DNA of 64,000 nucleotides. Source: Tubiluchus corallicola. Lineage: Eukaryota > Animalia > Priapulida. Positions 29,601 through 42,819 of this stretch are shown piece by piece. Both the position numbers and the translations under genes were made by a program. The notes below the pieces were generated by a model that worked only from the letters and a program-made list of their open reading frames with translations, was not told the origin of the DNA and ran no database searches. The stretch spans positions 62,001 through 126,000 of the forward strand of contig JAQGDQ010000083.1 of assembly GCA_030141605.1 (NCBI GenBank), read 5' to 3'. Each line of letters begins with the position of its first letter. Position 1 is the stretch's first letter.

Positions 29601-32600
29601 AAACTAACAGCTTGAATGATGCCCTATGTCCGTGCGAGGTATAGATAACCTACATTACTCCACGGCCGAGAAAAAGTAGTGACTGACGGACAGACAGACA
29701 GACGGAACTGACAATTCAATATATGCAACTTTGTTATGCAGTACAGAATCATAAAGTTAGACCCGTAGACAGGGTAGACAGCAGTTATCATTAAAGCGTA
29801 CTCCTACCCGGAGCTAGCGGCAAGCAAGTTGAAGATAGATGGGTAAATTTGTTTCCTTGGGGGTTTTAAAACATATGGAAAGTAAGTTTAAGTAACTGCA
29901 CAACGTTGGAGGAATGGATATTGGCAGAACATTAGTCTAACTGATGCGTTCCTAAGAGACCATTAATATTTCTACGAAGTTCCACTACTGCAAAAATCTA
30001 CAAAACAGAGAAATAGTCTAATTCGGGGCAAGCATGAGTTCTATTTAGCATCAAAAACGAGCTCTATTATAAGATGCAACAGTAAACTAAAATGAGAACA
30101 TTAGTCCAACCGGGTTTAAACATTTTTAAAAAAGCTCTAGAGTAAAACATGCGATTTTTTAAACTACTGGTAACTAAAATTAGTAAATACAGACTAAGTT
30201 GTACAGTAGTCCCTTTCGTCACATTTACAGTATGCCATTCTGTACACGTAATTTACACATACAGTAACACCGGCTAATGTAAATTTAAACGGCAAGCCAA
30301 AATTTAAAAAGAGAATATGCTATCCACATGTACAGTATTTATGATGGAAAAGGTATGTACAAGTATAGCGCCCATAGCTAAGCTCAGAATTTAAAAGCAA
30401 AAGCTAGATACAGTGTTTCTGACAAAAAGTGTCTTTTCTGACCGTATTCCGCTTTTGTATTGATCGATGCTCGAAAATAAGCACCTTGCGTAGGATAATT
30501 TATACTTTTCCCTGAAACACATGGCATTTATTTCCAACATGCGGAAACCAACTTTCCAATTTTAAAATTAAGAAGGAAAAAACGAGCCATAAGTTTTTCA
30601 AACCTCAGAGTTTGTGTATCTCCTGTCGGATTGTTTTCTTAGTCCATTAACTCAGCCAAGAGAAGGTCACATGCGGGCCACGGGTGACGAGGAGATTAGA
30701 GGTGGCTTAAATTTAATTTATTATGTTCACGTTTTCAAGATGAGCAATAATGTTAAAAATGTAACCTAAAGTCAATGAGAACATTTATGGCACGGAAAAT
30801 TCATGATCAAAAAAGGCCTTAAATATTTTACTCTGTGTAAATTGTGTTTAATTTTTAGCTGGTATATAGCCCTATAATGGCCCCTATTGTGGAAAAAAAT
30901 GTACCGAATTTATCAATATATGCAATAGTATTCTTAGTAACAAGAACTGCGACAGTGACCAAAAAAAATAAGAAAAAACAAGAAAGAACAAAGAAAGTGC
31001 GTGACGTTTCGAACCACTATAGTAGTTTTTTAGGTGAATACAAAGGTACAAAAAAGAATTTTTTTCGAAACGTTGTGCTTAGAACTTACCTTTTCCTTGT
31101 TTTTTAACTGTGGGATTTTTTATTCAGTGGATCTACATTTTAATTTCTTTAACGTTTTTTTAATTTAAATTTACTAAATGGTCACATAAGTTAGTGAAGT
31201 CATACATTAAAAAACTTAAAGTTAATGGTTTATAAACTCTCGCAGTCTGATTTCTGCAGAAATTTTTGTCATAAGAAAAATACTCAACTTCTTATGTTGA
31301 AGAAGACTGATATTGGTTCACTTTACATATTGCATTATCAGGGAGACAGCTCAAAATAGAAAACTTTTTTTTATACATTTGTGATTTTCAATCTTGTTAT
31401 TCAGGTAGCGTTAGTTGGTAGAAAGTTTAAGAGTAGACCATTTGAAAAATTTTAAGACTGATTTAAAAGCTTTACACTACAAATAAAGCACACAGTTTAA
31501 GCTAAGTTATCCTAAATGTCTATCATATTTAGAGCAATATTCATAGTTGTACATTATTCAAATGCTGACGTTTTTGAAAGGGTCTTCACATATCTGATGT
31601 GGTAAAAGGATGTCCAGCCTCTGGTACCCTGCATAAATTTAATCACATAGCATAATTGCAGCAGCGCTTGTAAGTCCTGAGTTTCTAATGAGTAGCTAGC
31701 AACAAATAAATCAAATTAAACTTCAGATTTTGATTCGACAATTTCTCACCCTGGCATACAATTTCACGACTAAGACGCGTAGGTCATGGGATGCTGTGAA
31801 AATCTTCAGCCTAATGATGTTAAACAGGGCAGAAACCGCAAACCCAAAATAGAACCTAGCTGCCTGCTGTACATATGACGGCTTCAGTACATGGGCCCCC
31901 ATCAGCCAAGTGTCATTCATGAACTATGGTAATACAGTAATCTTTTTCCCTTATCATTTTTTCGGAATTTGCTGTTCATTTAACCACGTCATTGGTTCAT
32001 TTAAAATCACTTATCCTATGCAAAAAATCGATTTTTTTGGTTCACTAGCACTACGGTCCATTAGCAGAACACTATATATGGGTAATCAAAGCACTTTTTG
32101 TGACATTGCCGCTAAAATTAATTAATATAACGATTACATACAGATTTAAAACTACATATAACAGCTGCCTGGTGGCAATAAACTACATGCAAATTTCATG
32201 CAGTTTTGAAAGTATAAAAGAGTTTTAATTTTTTAAATTTTAATTTAATTTATTTTCACATCACACACAAACCATAATTAAAAAGCAAGTGTTTACATAA
32301 AAAAATCATCGAATTTATGATGTTGGGGAGACGCTCAGAGGCTGAATTACTTGCTTATAAGAGCCAATCAAAAAGCAAAAATCCAATTAAGTCCACAGCA
32401 TCTAACCTAGTTTTAAAATGTTTTGGGTCTGTGCTGTTACAAGTGGAAATCCATTTAGTTGTGCGGGTAAGCTATTCCAGATAGGGACAACCTTGTTCGA
32501 GAAAAAGTCAGCAAAAGCTTTTTTTGCAGTACGCCTAACAAAGAGTTTGAGCGAATGGTTACTTTTGGTTTTGTTGACAAGTTTGTCAACATTTAGATAT

Positions 32601-33578
32601 AGCTCTTTATGAACAATTTTATAGCACATGACTAAATTTTATGAATGTCAATCACAAAATTTAACAAATTCAAATTAAAACTTGAACTCACAGCCTTGTA
32701 TCATTTAAGACGCTATTCATACTATTTTAAAGACTTATTTTTTAAATCCCTAACATTAAGTGTGGAAGTCTGGAGTTACAATTGTAAAAATCATTTATAA
32801 TAAAAGTAAAGCATGCATAAATTCTTTTTGCCCTTGCAGCCAAACTACTAACAATAAGGTGAAGTTTAATAAACTGAAAATGCAAAAGATTCATTTATCG
32901 ACTTTCAAAATCTAAAGGTTAAAAGACCAAAGTATTATATTAGACAGTAATAACACGATTTCCAAACGAAGAGGCCATGTACCCTTGTGCTTCATAGTGG
33001 TGTGATCATATGTGTATTATTTACACTTCCTCATAGCACAGCTACATACTGCACAGTGTAAAATGACACGAGAAACACGAATATTTAACTTTTCTAAAAT
33101 AACAAAATTTAGGCAAAAAGTATCATATCGTCATTCTCACGTGTGATTTTGTAAGTTAATCTATGTCATGAATACCAGTGTGACTCAGACCATTAAACAA
33201 ACCAGAAGGCTATTTGTGTCCCGAAGATGCCAATATTCACGTATGTGATTTTACAAAAATCTCCAAAATATCTCTTTTTTACTTCGGGTTAACAAATTTT
33301 TCTGAATTTGACTTTGAAACGAATTTTTATTCTTTTTTATTTTGGTTTAACTTTGAAATATTTTGTACGCCAGCTCCTACGGTTGATAGAATTGTATTTA
33401 AGTACACATACTATCACAAAAATGTTTAAAAACTACCTGCCAAGCAACTGTGGCTAATAAATAAATTAATATTAATAATTTTGCATTTACAGAATATAAT
33501 ATTATATGTATATATATTCCATGTCATTCAACTATATATATATATAGTCAAGCATATATATATATAGTATATAGTATA

Positions 33579-33622
<44 letters not shown>

Positions 33623-35590
33623 AAGCATATATATATATATATGCATATAATAAAAAACAAGGCTTCAGGCAAATTGGGATAACTATGTGAAGCTAGGAAA
33701 AGCAGTTGAATGACATGGAATAGACCATTCACAGAGATGGACACAAACATTGGCTAATGGCTATGGCTGTACTGCCTACAGGAAACACACAATAGATAGT
33801 AAATAGTATAGTAGAGTATTTGTATAGTAGTATAGTATTAGTATTAGTATAGTAACGTGTTAAAGTGACGGTTTTGCGGGTGTGACATGGGGGGTACGGT
33901 ATGATGTAGTGGGTGTGGGTGGCGTGGTGTGGTGGGTGTGGTGTAGTTTGTCATCGTGGGTTATGCGCTAACTTTTTTGCGGAGTTTAGCCTTCTTATTA
34001 TTACTGCTATTGCTATTTGCTACTGCCTCTACCATTAACACTGCAACTAACAAAACTGCTACTTTAATACAAAACTTTTTCAAACACTTATTGCTATTGC
34101 CAATTTAAAGTTTTATGACTACTCACTTAAAAATACTTAGGGCATGCACAAAACTTGTAGCTAATAGTTTTAAACATGTATTATAATGCCTAGTACCAAA
34201 ATAAGATTTTGCGAAGCTAGTAAGCTTTGAGAACCTTTAAGAACTTTCTTCCAGACAAGAGGCTTGATGATAGCTACACTTTGACTAACATTGATCATTA
34301 ATTATAACCGTCATTATAGCACTCATAGAAGAACTATGGATTCACTCTGAAAAATTTCGCTACATTAGTTTAGGTATAGTACAACCTCAAATAGCTTTCT
34401 GTGAACATGACATCAACATCACCATCTTAGACATGTCATATACGACAAATCCAACTTTATTAGTCTATTCATGATATTCTCTAGTATCAACCCAAACCAA
34501 ACAATTTATTGGATCTGCTTTTAAGAGTCGAAGCCTAAGCCTTTTTTCATGTACAGCGCCTACGAAGAAAAAGAAAAAACCAACAACAACACGAGTACTG
34601 AAAAGAGGATGCATATTTAGGATACATCCATTGGAAACATACATTGAGGGGCTAGCCTCAGTCTATGGTTTATTTTGCAACTTTTTGCAACCACATTTTT
34701 TTACAAACATCTTTCATGATGTTTCACAATGTGACATGACCAAAGCAGTTTTTTTAACACAAGAAAGGTTTGCCTGCATAAATTTGCAATCATCAATGCA
34801 GCTATCCTGCTAAACAGTAACCACTGCGGCTATATGCACTATGATGCAGCACTGCTAATGCATAATTTACAAGAAATCAGTATGCAGATGTATCCAGGGT
34901 AACGTTCATTCACATGTATAAAGAACAATGACAATGTTCAATCTACTAAAATATCTCTCTAACTCTTTAACTTAATACTTCTTAACATCCATTCCTCCAC
35001 TTATAACATCTAACATTATTATTTTTAAGAAAGAATGTTTCTTTTTTACTTTTTTTACTTGGACTTAATTTTGCTTTGACGTCTAGGCCTAAAATAGCTA
35101 AGGTTAACCGGTCATTATTAGATAAAAAATTCAAGCACTTAATTAGTGGACAATATGATGTGACTACAGACATTTTAAATCATCCATTCTTTTGGGCATT
35201 AATTTAAATTTTCTTTATTCAATGAAAAATGAATACCAGAAATTCCTATATATAAAAAGGCAGCTGTCTCCAACTTGTTTCACTTTAGTTTACTATAACT
35301 GTGAACTTTGATATAGCAAAAATTGGTTTACGCTTTAACTCACCAAAGTTCACATTTTATTTAGCAATCACAATCTTAAATTGAAAAACTCGAAGTGTTA
35401 TGCTTAGCTGTGCCTAATATAAATAAACCCGTCTCAGCTAAATAAATATATACATTTCTACAGCATGTAGCTACGTGCAGCGTACGAGGTACAACTGTAC
35501 ATTCAACTGCAAATCGAAAAAACATTAATAATTATACTTACTTTTTACTATCCTTTCCGCACATGGCAACTTGTCACTTATGTTCGCCAT
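2645..35590 (-). CDS. PPP3CA: Calcineurin A (Ser/Thr phosphatase 2B catalytic subunit), coding exons 1-5; 3' part lies outside the window
   Basis: Exons with GT-AG boundaries and consistent phase: 35542-35590 ([16 protein letters not shown]), 21621-21821 ([17 protein letters not shown]...EAPVT), 18221-18345 ([20 protein letters not shown]...[15 protein letters not shown]), 15408-15519 (CVVYLWALK...[20 protein letters not shown]), 2645-2790 ([49 protein letters not shown]). PPP motifs GDIHG, GDYVDRG, RGNHE and HGG are present, plus calcineurin-specific flanking sequence. The symbol denotes the family (CanA/PPP3C); a specific vertebrate paralogue cannot be assigned. Confidence 0.97.
4255..4440 (-). 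mobile_element. Penelope-like RT relic
   Basis: LL...[17 protein letters not shown].......FAHL...CLNDTW resembles PLE RT FNG.FY.Q..G.AMG......AN....YVDDT. Confidence 0.35.
5121..5298. repeat. Polypurine (GGAGA/GA)n tract
   Basis: Seen directly. Confidence 0.95.
7102..7424 (+). mobile_element. Helitron-like non-autonomous element (degenerate)
   Basis: A|TCTATACT 5' end followed by a TA run; imperfect GCCCG...GGG hairpin shortly before a CTAT|T end (canonical CTRR). Confidence 0.45.
11664..12053 (+). mobile_element. hAT-type MITE, TTCGAA-rich family (copy 1)
   Basis: Starts TAGGGGCGAGAATCGAA; perfect 8-bp TSD CTTAAAAC (11656-11663 and 12054-12061); colinear with 25061-25457. Confidence 0.88.
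13705..14990. repeat. Degenerate ~53-bp minisatellite, about 19 units in two blocks (13705-13955, 14255-14990)
   Basis: Consensus approx. GGCAGCAGGGAAATGCATGATACATGTGTCTCGGCATTATTTCCTTGGTGGCT; CATTA anchors at 14322, 14375, 14428, 14482. Confidence 0.9.
13960..14255 (-). mobile_element. RTE-clade LINE 3' fragment inserted in the minisatellite
   Basis: Minus-strand translation [38 protein letters not shown] resembles the conserved RTE ORF C-terminus (ARDR..WR..V..VT..R); it interrupts the 53-bp array. Confidence 0.7.
24000..24535 (+). mobile_element. Tc1/mariner transposase relic
   Basis: [25 protein letters not shown] resembles FQQDGAPPH....VRDFLN..FP; terminal TGAGACACCCTGTA near 24520-24533. 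Left boundary is approximate. Confidence 0.6.
25061..25457 (+). mobile_element. hAT-type MITE, TTCGAA-rich family (copy 2)
   Basis: TIR TAGGGGTGAGCAT...ATGCTCACCCCTA; near-TSD TTCCACAC / TTCCAACAC; internal sequence (e.g. AATAATTCAGCACTTCAACCACATGCGTTCTTTATCATTAAA) shared with copy 1. Confidence 0.88.
27260..27710 (+). mobile_element. Penelope-like element 3' relic (GIY-YIG tail, CA/TA microsatellite, degenerate hammerhead-like motif)
   Basis: [15 protein letters not shown]-like tail; CCTGACAAAGA...GCAGAAACG at about 27633-27666. Confidence 0.4.
32400..32640 (-). mobile_element. CR1-group LINE 3' fragment
   Basis: CYKIVH...NHSLKL......[14 protein letters not shown], the conserved CR1 ORF2 C-terminus. 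Confidence 0.75.
33533..33641. repeat. (TA)n microsatellite
   Basis: Seen directly. Confidence 0.95.
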
Positions 35591-36071
35591 GTTCGTGAAA
35601 GTCACCTGCCTTCTCGATGGTTGGGTTTCATATGCCGCCAATTATACAAATCCCTAAAATTTCACGGTTCAGTAATCAGTTACACTAAAATGAAGATGAA
35701 AATGGCGCATCTGTCCAACTGAGATAACAACAGCGTCACTTAAAGAATCGACTTACTGTTTTACAAGTGCTTTCTAGAATCACACTTGGTGCAGTAAATC
35801 ACAGCGAGTAGGATAATTTAAGTTACCTAAAGTCATCGAATTGATAAAATCTGACCAACTTGTAACACGAATAACGATAAAACTAACACCTAACACGGCT
35901 AATCTACATTCTCCCCGCTCCTGGTTGATGCACTGCGCATTTTTGGTTTTCTCCGCATTTTTCTTTGCGGCAGCACTGTACAAGAAGCCAATTACAAAAT
36001 GTCTGCGCCTTTCATACGTTGTTTTTGTGCTAATGTTTATTTCACGTAGCTTTTCCTTAATTAAGTTGAGA
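35591..36071. promoter_or_regulatory. Putative bidirectional promoter between calcineurin A and PBLD
   Basis: The two start codons diverge 481 bp apart; YY1-like AAAATGGCG at 35699-35707. Function is inferred from the geometry. Confidence 0.6.
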
Positions 36072-39000
36072 ATGTTGTCGTTATTTACCGTCGATGCATT
36101 TACAAGTTACCCATTTTCTGGAAATCCTGCAGCAGTTTGCCTGAATAAGGAAAACAAGGTCAATAATAATAACTCACTCACCTTTGCAGCTACCCCCATT
36201 ATTTTGAACATGGATAGATTTGTCATGGCTGATTACCACAACGTTCCACTGTAACAAGTCTTGAATGCCTAAATGACTGGTCGCAATTCTTTGATGCACC
36301 TTCTCTCCCATCAATTGATATTCTATATATTGATTTTAGAAAAGCATTTGATTTTGTTCCTCTTCGTCGTCTCGTGTTAAAAATGGAATTTGCAGGTATA
36401 AGAGGGAAACTACTCCAATGGTTTCAATATTTTCTAACACACAAACAGCGAAGAATGGGTTTAAATGGTGTAACCACTTTCTGGAGAAATATAACCAGTG
36501 GCATTCCTCAAGGGACTTTGTCAGGACCCAATTGTTTTCTTATTTTTGTCAATGATGTTACTGATTGTGTATCCCCTGACACACGTATACCGCTGTTTTT
36601 GATGATATAAAGCCTTACCGTCCAATTAGAAATTCCTCTGATCAAGAGATCTTACAAGCAGACTTGTCTGAAATTGAGCAATGGTATGACAATGTCACTC
36701 ACCTTATGTCACCTTTAAAAATGCTTTAGAAAGAACTGAATGGAGGTGTATTACTCTGGCCTCTGATATTCAACCTGACTTTGTATCTTTGCTTGAACAA
36801 CGCCGTGATACTATAGATCTTATTACCTGTTAAAAAGTCATTAGTGATAGTTCCAATTTGTGTAGCAACAAATTTTTTTCTAGACCACTGCATGATTCAC
36901 ATGGACAATTCTAAATTATTTGTACAATGCTCTCGCACTAACATGAGAGCCCATTTCTTCGCTTCTCGTGTTGTGGGCCCTTGGAATTCACTTAAAGTAA
37001 AAGCCCAGCCTCATCAGCAATTTTTAGCAAAAGTTTAAGGATGATGTGTTGAAATGATATTCTTATCGCTTTTCGAAAATAATTAAGTAATTAGATAAAT
37101 AATTGCTCGATTTTACTTATGCCAATTGCTTTATACACGCAATTCAGCGCTCGGGCGGCTATGCACTGATGACGTCATGGCAGTAGACTTAAAAAGACTG
37201 TCATCATCGCTTGTTGCTTTACTACATCCTCTGCTACACAAATTCTGGGTATTTGCACACGTATAACATACGAAAAAGTTACACAACATGAAAATAAACT
37301 GCTGTACTTTCAACAGTTTAACACGCGGCAGTTCGCCAGCCAGTAAATGCAGACCTGTACCGGCATACAATAATACTTTTCGGATGACCGCCCTCATCCT
37401 GCCACAACGTTATTCACCACACGCAGGTGAAGCATGGAGAGTGTAGAAACTGTACCGCAAGTGTTCAACACGTTTAAAATGAGATTTAACACGTTTCATT
37501 AATTAATTCACCTGACTGCCATGGATAAAAATGCTGGAATTTGATTACAATATTTCGTTTTCTGCTTAAGTTGTTGATTTTCATATTGATAAAAAATGTC
37601 TGGGTATTTACTTTAATAATGAAACAGTTGACACCTCAATTTCGGAAATTGTTGAGGAGCGACCGTCAATAACTGTGTTATGGCTAGGTCTTAGACTTCG
37701 CAAGTAAGGAAGTTTGTCATTCATCGTGCTGTTAATTTTATTATTAATGTTATCATCCCTTTTGCAGCATGTTGTGCTGTAATGATTAGGAGTTAAGCAG
37801 GCACACTTCTAGAAACCCCGTATTTTTCCACAAAATAATCTTCATTTAAAAATTTAAACTTTACTAGGCTTGGTGTGGCAGTCACCATGGTAGACAAATT
37901 ACCATTCCATTTATTTTGCTATCACAGAAATGAAAATTTACAAATGTCAAAATGTTACCGCTTTTTAAAAAGTTTTATTGTCATCTACATTTATGCAAAA
38001 TGTTTTCTTTCTTGGTCAGTATTTTATAATCTTTTATTATTCTAATATCTTTTAATCATGATTAAAACCAGAAAAATAGCACAAATATCACTATTTAAGA
38101 ATATCAATATTATATTGATATGTAATTATGATTAAAAGATATTATCGGGGGTTATATATAAGGTTTGTTTATAGAATGGAACAATCAAATTTATTCCATT
38201 TCCGTGGTCTAATAAACTTATGTTCATTTGTCACCCCTTTACCCATACATAGCAACCAATAATTAATTATAATGTTATATTAACATTTTATTTTAATCAT
38301 TACAGTTATATTATACTATTATTTTTTACCAAAAGGGAAAAAAATTAACATTCTAATTTTAATGAAGCCTAACCAAAGCAATGTGTGATTTCAAAAGAAT
38401 TTCTTTCTTTCTAGAAACGTCCCCAAATTCTTATTTGCTTTTTTGACAGCGACAATACATTGCTGGGAAAATTTCAAGTTTAATGTTATTATCGCACCAA
38501 TATTGCTTTTACTATCTGTACTATGAAGAGTTATTCTGCTTCCATTCATGATGTAATTTCTTTTAAGATTCTGTAAACCCCAATGCATTTCCTCACGTTT
38601 ATCAACATTAAATAACATTGTCAGTCATTACTTAACCTACTCCATTACTGAATGTCATTCTGTAAAATTAGGGAATCCGCTGCAGAGTTAATTGGATTGT
38701 ACAACTTTGCATTATCTGAAAATTTTAACTAGAGTGCGACCCTCTTATTCAGTATCATTAATCAGTAATCATGAAATAATTATTAATAGTGAAAAGGACT
38801 GAGCGGAGTGCTGACCTTCCAAACAGCCAATCCTCAAATCAACTTTGGACACCTTACAGTCTTACACAGTGGACGTAATTATTGCAGTGACAAAGCACTC
38901 TTACAATAACAAGAAATTTTACCTGACCCTATAATTACTACTGAAATTGTTATAGTCTGGCTACCCAATAAAAAAAGAAACAAAGGCAATAAAAAAATTA

Positions 39001-42000
39001 TCGGATAGTAGATCATAAATAGATTCCTTGCTATTTGTTTGTTTTTATTTGTGTATATGTCGTTTCTAGGCTCACGATGACTTATCAGAAGAGGTGATGC
39101 AAAGTATTGCAAGCGAAATGAACATATCGGAAACTGCATTTGTAAAATTGTTAAGTCAACCTGGAAGCAATGATTTTCAGCATGGCAGCCATTTTGGATT
39201 GCGCTGGTTTACTCCTACTAATGAAGTTCCTCTCTGTGGCCATGCAACTCTGGCTACTGCTGCTGTATTATATTTCTCAATTGGTAATGCTAAATATATG
39301 TCAGCTTCTGTAAGTTCATCAATATTTCAGTAGATTGTGATACATGTGCTGTGTTGTACCACCTTATTTGATAGAAACAGGTAACATCAGTGTCTAAGTG
39401 ATTGCCCTTTTAACTGTTGGCACCATCATCGTTATCATCTCATCATCATCACCATCATCATCGTCATCTTCATAATTACACAATATGTTTATATCCATTT
39501 ATACTGAAATCTCAAAAGTAACACCTCAAGAATATAGCTGGTGCACATCACATTGTTCAGTTTTTAAATATTTTTTTATAAATAGGTAATACATCCCCTT
39601 CACTTACTTTTGAAACAAAGAGTGGACCTTTAACTGTGCAGAAGAAAGAGAATGGATATTTGTTAATGGATCTTCCATCCAATCCACCACAGCCATTTGA
39701 TAAGTCATCCATTGTTGATTTGCTGAAGGTAAAAACAGTATTAATCAAAGTTATTTATTTTGAGTATTGAATGTGCTCATTTAATATGCATGCAGTACAA
39801 AGATGTACCGATTGTTTGCGATTAGTTTACTGAATTGGAAAACAAACACAGCATGTTGATTTTTCAAGATTTTTAACTTAAATTTGCATAATTTGTGCTA
39901 ATGCTACATTCGTTGTTCGTAGTTCCACAACTTTGAAACTTTAGTTGACTTGTATAAGGGCCTAAGTATCAAACATTTCAATTTTTTAAAGGCCTGTATA
40001 ACCCCAACAGACACTGAAGTTTCCTTAACACATTATTATGATTACATAAAGTATTCATAGTTGTTATTAAACAAAAAAGAGATAAATTAAATAAGTTACC
40101 TTTTTCTTGCAAATTTCGAACGCGTGCATTACCGTAAAAATTGCAGTGTTTCGCTTGTTTGGCACCAGTGAGCTAAAATGACATACGAGGTACAGAAAGC
40201 GTCTTCGGTTACCGATGTTTGTTTGCCAATCTTTGGTGACTTTGTGACTTTACTCATAACGCCATTCGTCTCACGCAACAAAAATGGCGGTTCTTCGAAT
40301 TTAATACCGCTAACAGCCATTTAATAAAAAATCAAAAGAAACAAGTTTTACAGTAAGTTTATAATAAAGTAAATTGAATATTCGTAAATGGGGTAGGATT
40401 TTAAGCTGTAAAACCTTATGTTATAGCGAGGTTTAGTATGACTGTAAATGAAGAAAATACAATCACTATTCACTGTACATAGTATCGCTGTAATTAACTG
40501 CATATATTTATTTAATGTCACAGGCTAAGATCTTATTGTAAGAAAAAAGAAGGAGTAATTGTCATTATAATTTCCCATCTCACACACAGTAAAGGTAATT
40601 TAAAAAATAACTGCTACCACTTTAAACAATAAAATGAATTCAATAGTAGAATTTCGACAATTTCACTTTGTGTTTTTATTTGAATTTACTGATGCCAAGT
40701 GAAAGTTAATTTTAATCTTGCAGGTTTGTGTAGGCAATCTGCCTGTAAAAGATGTGCAGTATTCACCAACGACCAAGAAACTACTGATAGTTCTCGATAG
40801 TAACTTGACAAGGTACTGTATGTACTCTTTTGTTCTCGTAAGATCATTATATTTACCATTGGTACGGTTCAATGTTGAAAGGATCACATATAGTATACTG
40901 TAAGACTTGGGAGTATAGCACATTGGATTTGTTACCTTTAGTTGCAGAAATATGAGTCACTGCCATATTCTGTGATGTCAGGAATTCTATGCTTATAACA
41001 CATTTGCACGATGGGTAGTCATTTCTAAGCTGTTACGGCATCTAGATGCTCCTGTTAGTTGACTAGTTAATTTGGGGTGTTCCAGGAGTTTTTCAGCTCT
41101 TTTCTAGGGATTACATCATTAGAAGCTAATCCTGTTAATTAGTCACAAAAAAGTAGGTTTTTCTGTACCCAGGTGTTGGGGCCATTCCAATCAAATAATA
41201 AAAAAATCTACACATGATTCATTATTTTCAGTGTAGCGGTAAAAATTTCGATGTAATGATGTAAAATTTTTGACATGATGGGCTAGGTGGCTTGAATTAA
41301 AGGACTAGATGTAAAAAAAGCTTGAAAATTAGTCGTTCATTTATACTGCTGTTAGACATTAATATTTTTTGGCTTATTATGTAGCCCTTCTATTTCAAAT
41401 TACTTGCAAGTAGTCTTTGGGGCTAATCACTCGATACATGTAAGTAAAACTTTTGTGTTTCTAAATATAGTAGAGGTGCACTATTTGTAAAATGTGGGGC
41501 AACTTTGCTCTGAACGTTCTGAACAGTATAATAATAGAGAATCTTTATTGTTAAGAGAGTTATCATTAGTGGGCGAGCGATTGTGCTTGTCCTTAGTTTC
41601 AAACGACAGATTTTGATGTTAAATTTGCCATTTACTACACATTTGTAGTGGTACTTTATTGGAGATAAAGAACTGTGTTCAATTGTGTTGTATGTAAAAG
41701 AGACAATAATTTTTGATGCTTTCATTTGTTTAATTAAAGATGCTTTTATTTCGAGAAACTGCAGATCTCTATAATAGCAATTTATTGTGTTGCTCGAATA
41801 ACAAAATGATTAAACTGTTAAATTGTGTTATTCTCAAGATGAAGATTTGTCGTGTAGTAAGGTAAAGGAATAGCCCACTTTGTTTTCAGTTGGGAAATAA
41901 TGCTTCTATGAGGCTATGGGAAGCGATGTAATATAAAATATGTTGGACCCATAATGAAGTTAGTTTAATATGGATTGTTATTTATTTTTAATGTGCTAAC

Positions 42001-42787
42001 AAATAAGATTTCACTGTATTATGCTGTAAACTTTATTAAACGTCTGCCTGCAAAAAGAGGCACTCTTTGTGTATTATTGTATTACAATTTGTTGAATAAA
42101 AGATTTATCATCCTTGTCAAAGATTTCTGTGTTAGTCGGTTGTCGCTATTGTTGTTTTAAAATTAACTGATACCAGTGGCTGTACATCGTCGCTTGCTGA
42201 TTGCAAGCAGGGTATAAATAAAATTTTGCGTGAGTTTTTTTGTATTCCTGTCTGAAAAATATGTTTATTTATTTAGAAATGATCTGGAGTCGCTAAATCC
42301 TCAGATTGATAAGATGGTGGCATCAGACTCGACTGGCGTGATACGTGGCGTAATTATTTCACTTCAAGGAGATGACAGCGATGATGGTTATGACTTCTTT
42401 TCACGCTTCTTTACACCTTGGAACGGGATTCCGGAGGATCCAGTGACTGGTTCTGCACACACTGTGTTGGCACCTTATTGGTCGAAATGCCTTGATAAGC
42501 AACATTTGCGTGGTACTTAAAGTATTGTGAATACTTATGTTGTCATGACTGTACAAAGCACATAATATCGGAATGATAGCATGATGCAGTTACATATGAA
42601 AATAGAAAACGTTTTCTTATGAAACGGCTGTCTGATTCAGTGTTGAGGATTCCATGTATTCAGTGCCACTTTATGAAGCTAAGCTTATTTTTTGATTGGG
42701 AGATACCAGTGAAAATGTTATTGTGTAAATATTGTGTGTTAACATAACTATAGTATTTATTTAGACTGGCTTTTAGTCATATCTGTG

Positions 42788-42819
<32 letters not shown>

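Noticed and set aside
29230-29830. Helentron/DINE-like element with GACA repeats (similar pieces at 7430-7800; inverted repeats at 26950/27860; possible TTAA-flanked MITE 39986-40404)
   Set aside because: Probably repeat-derived, but termini and TSDs could not be fixed by eye, so not reported as features.
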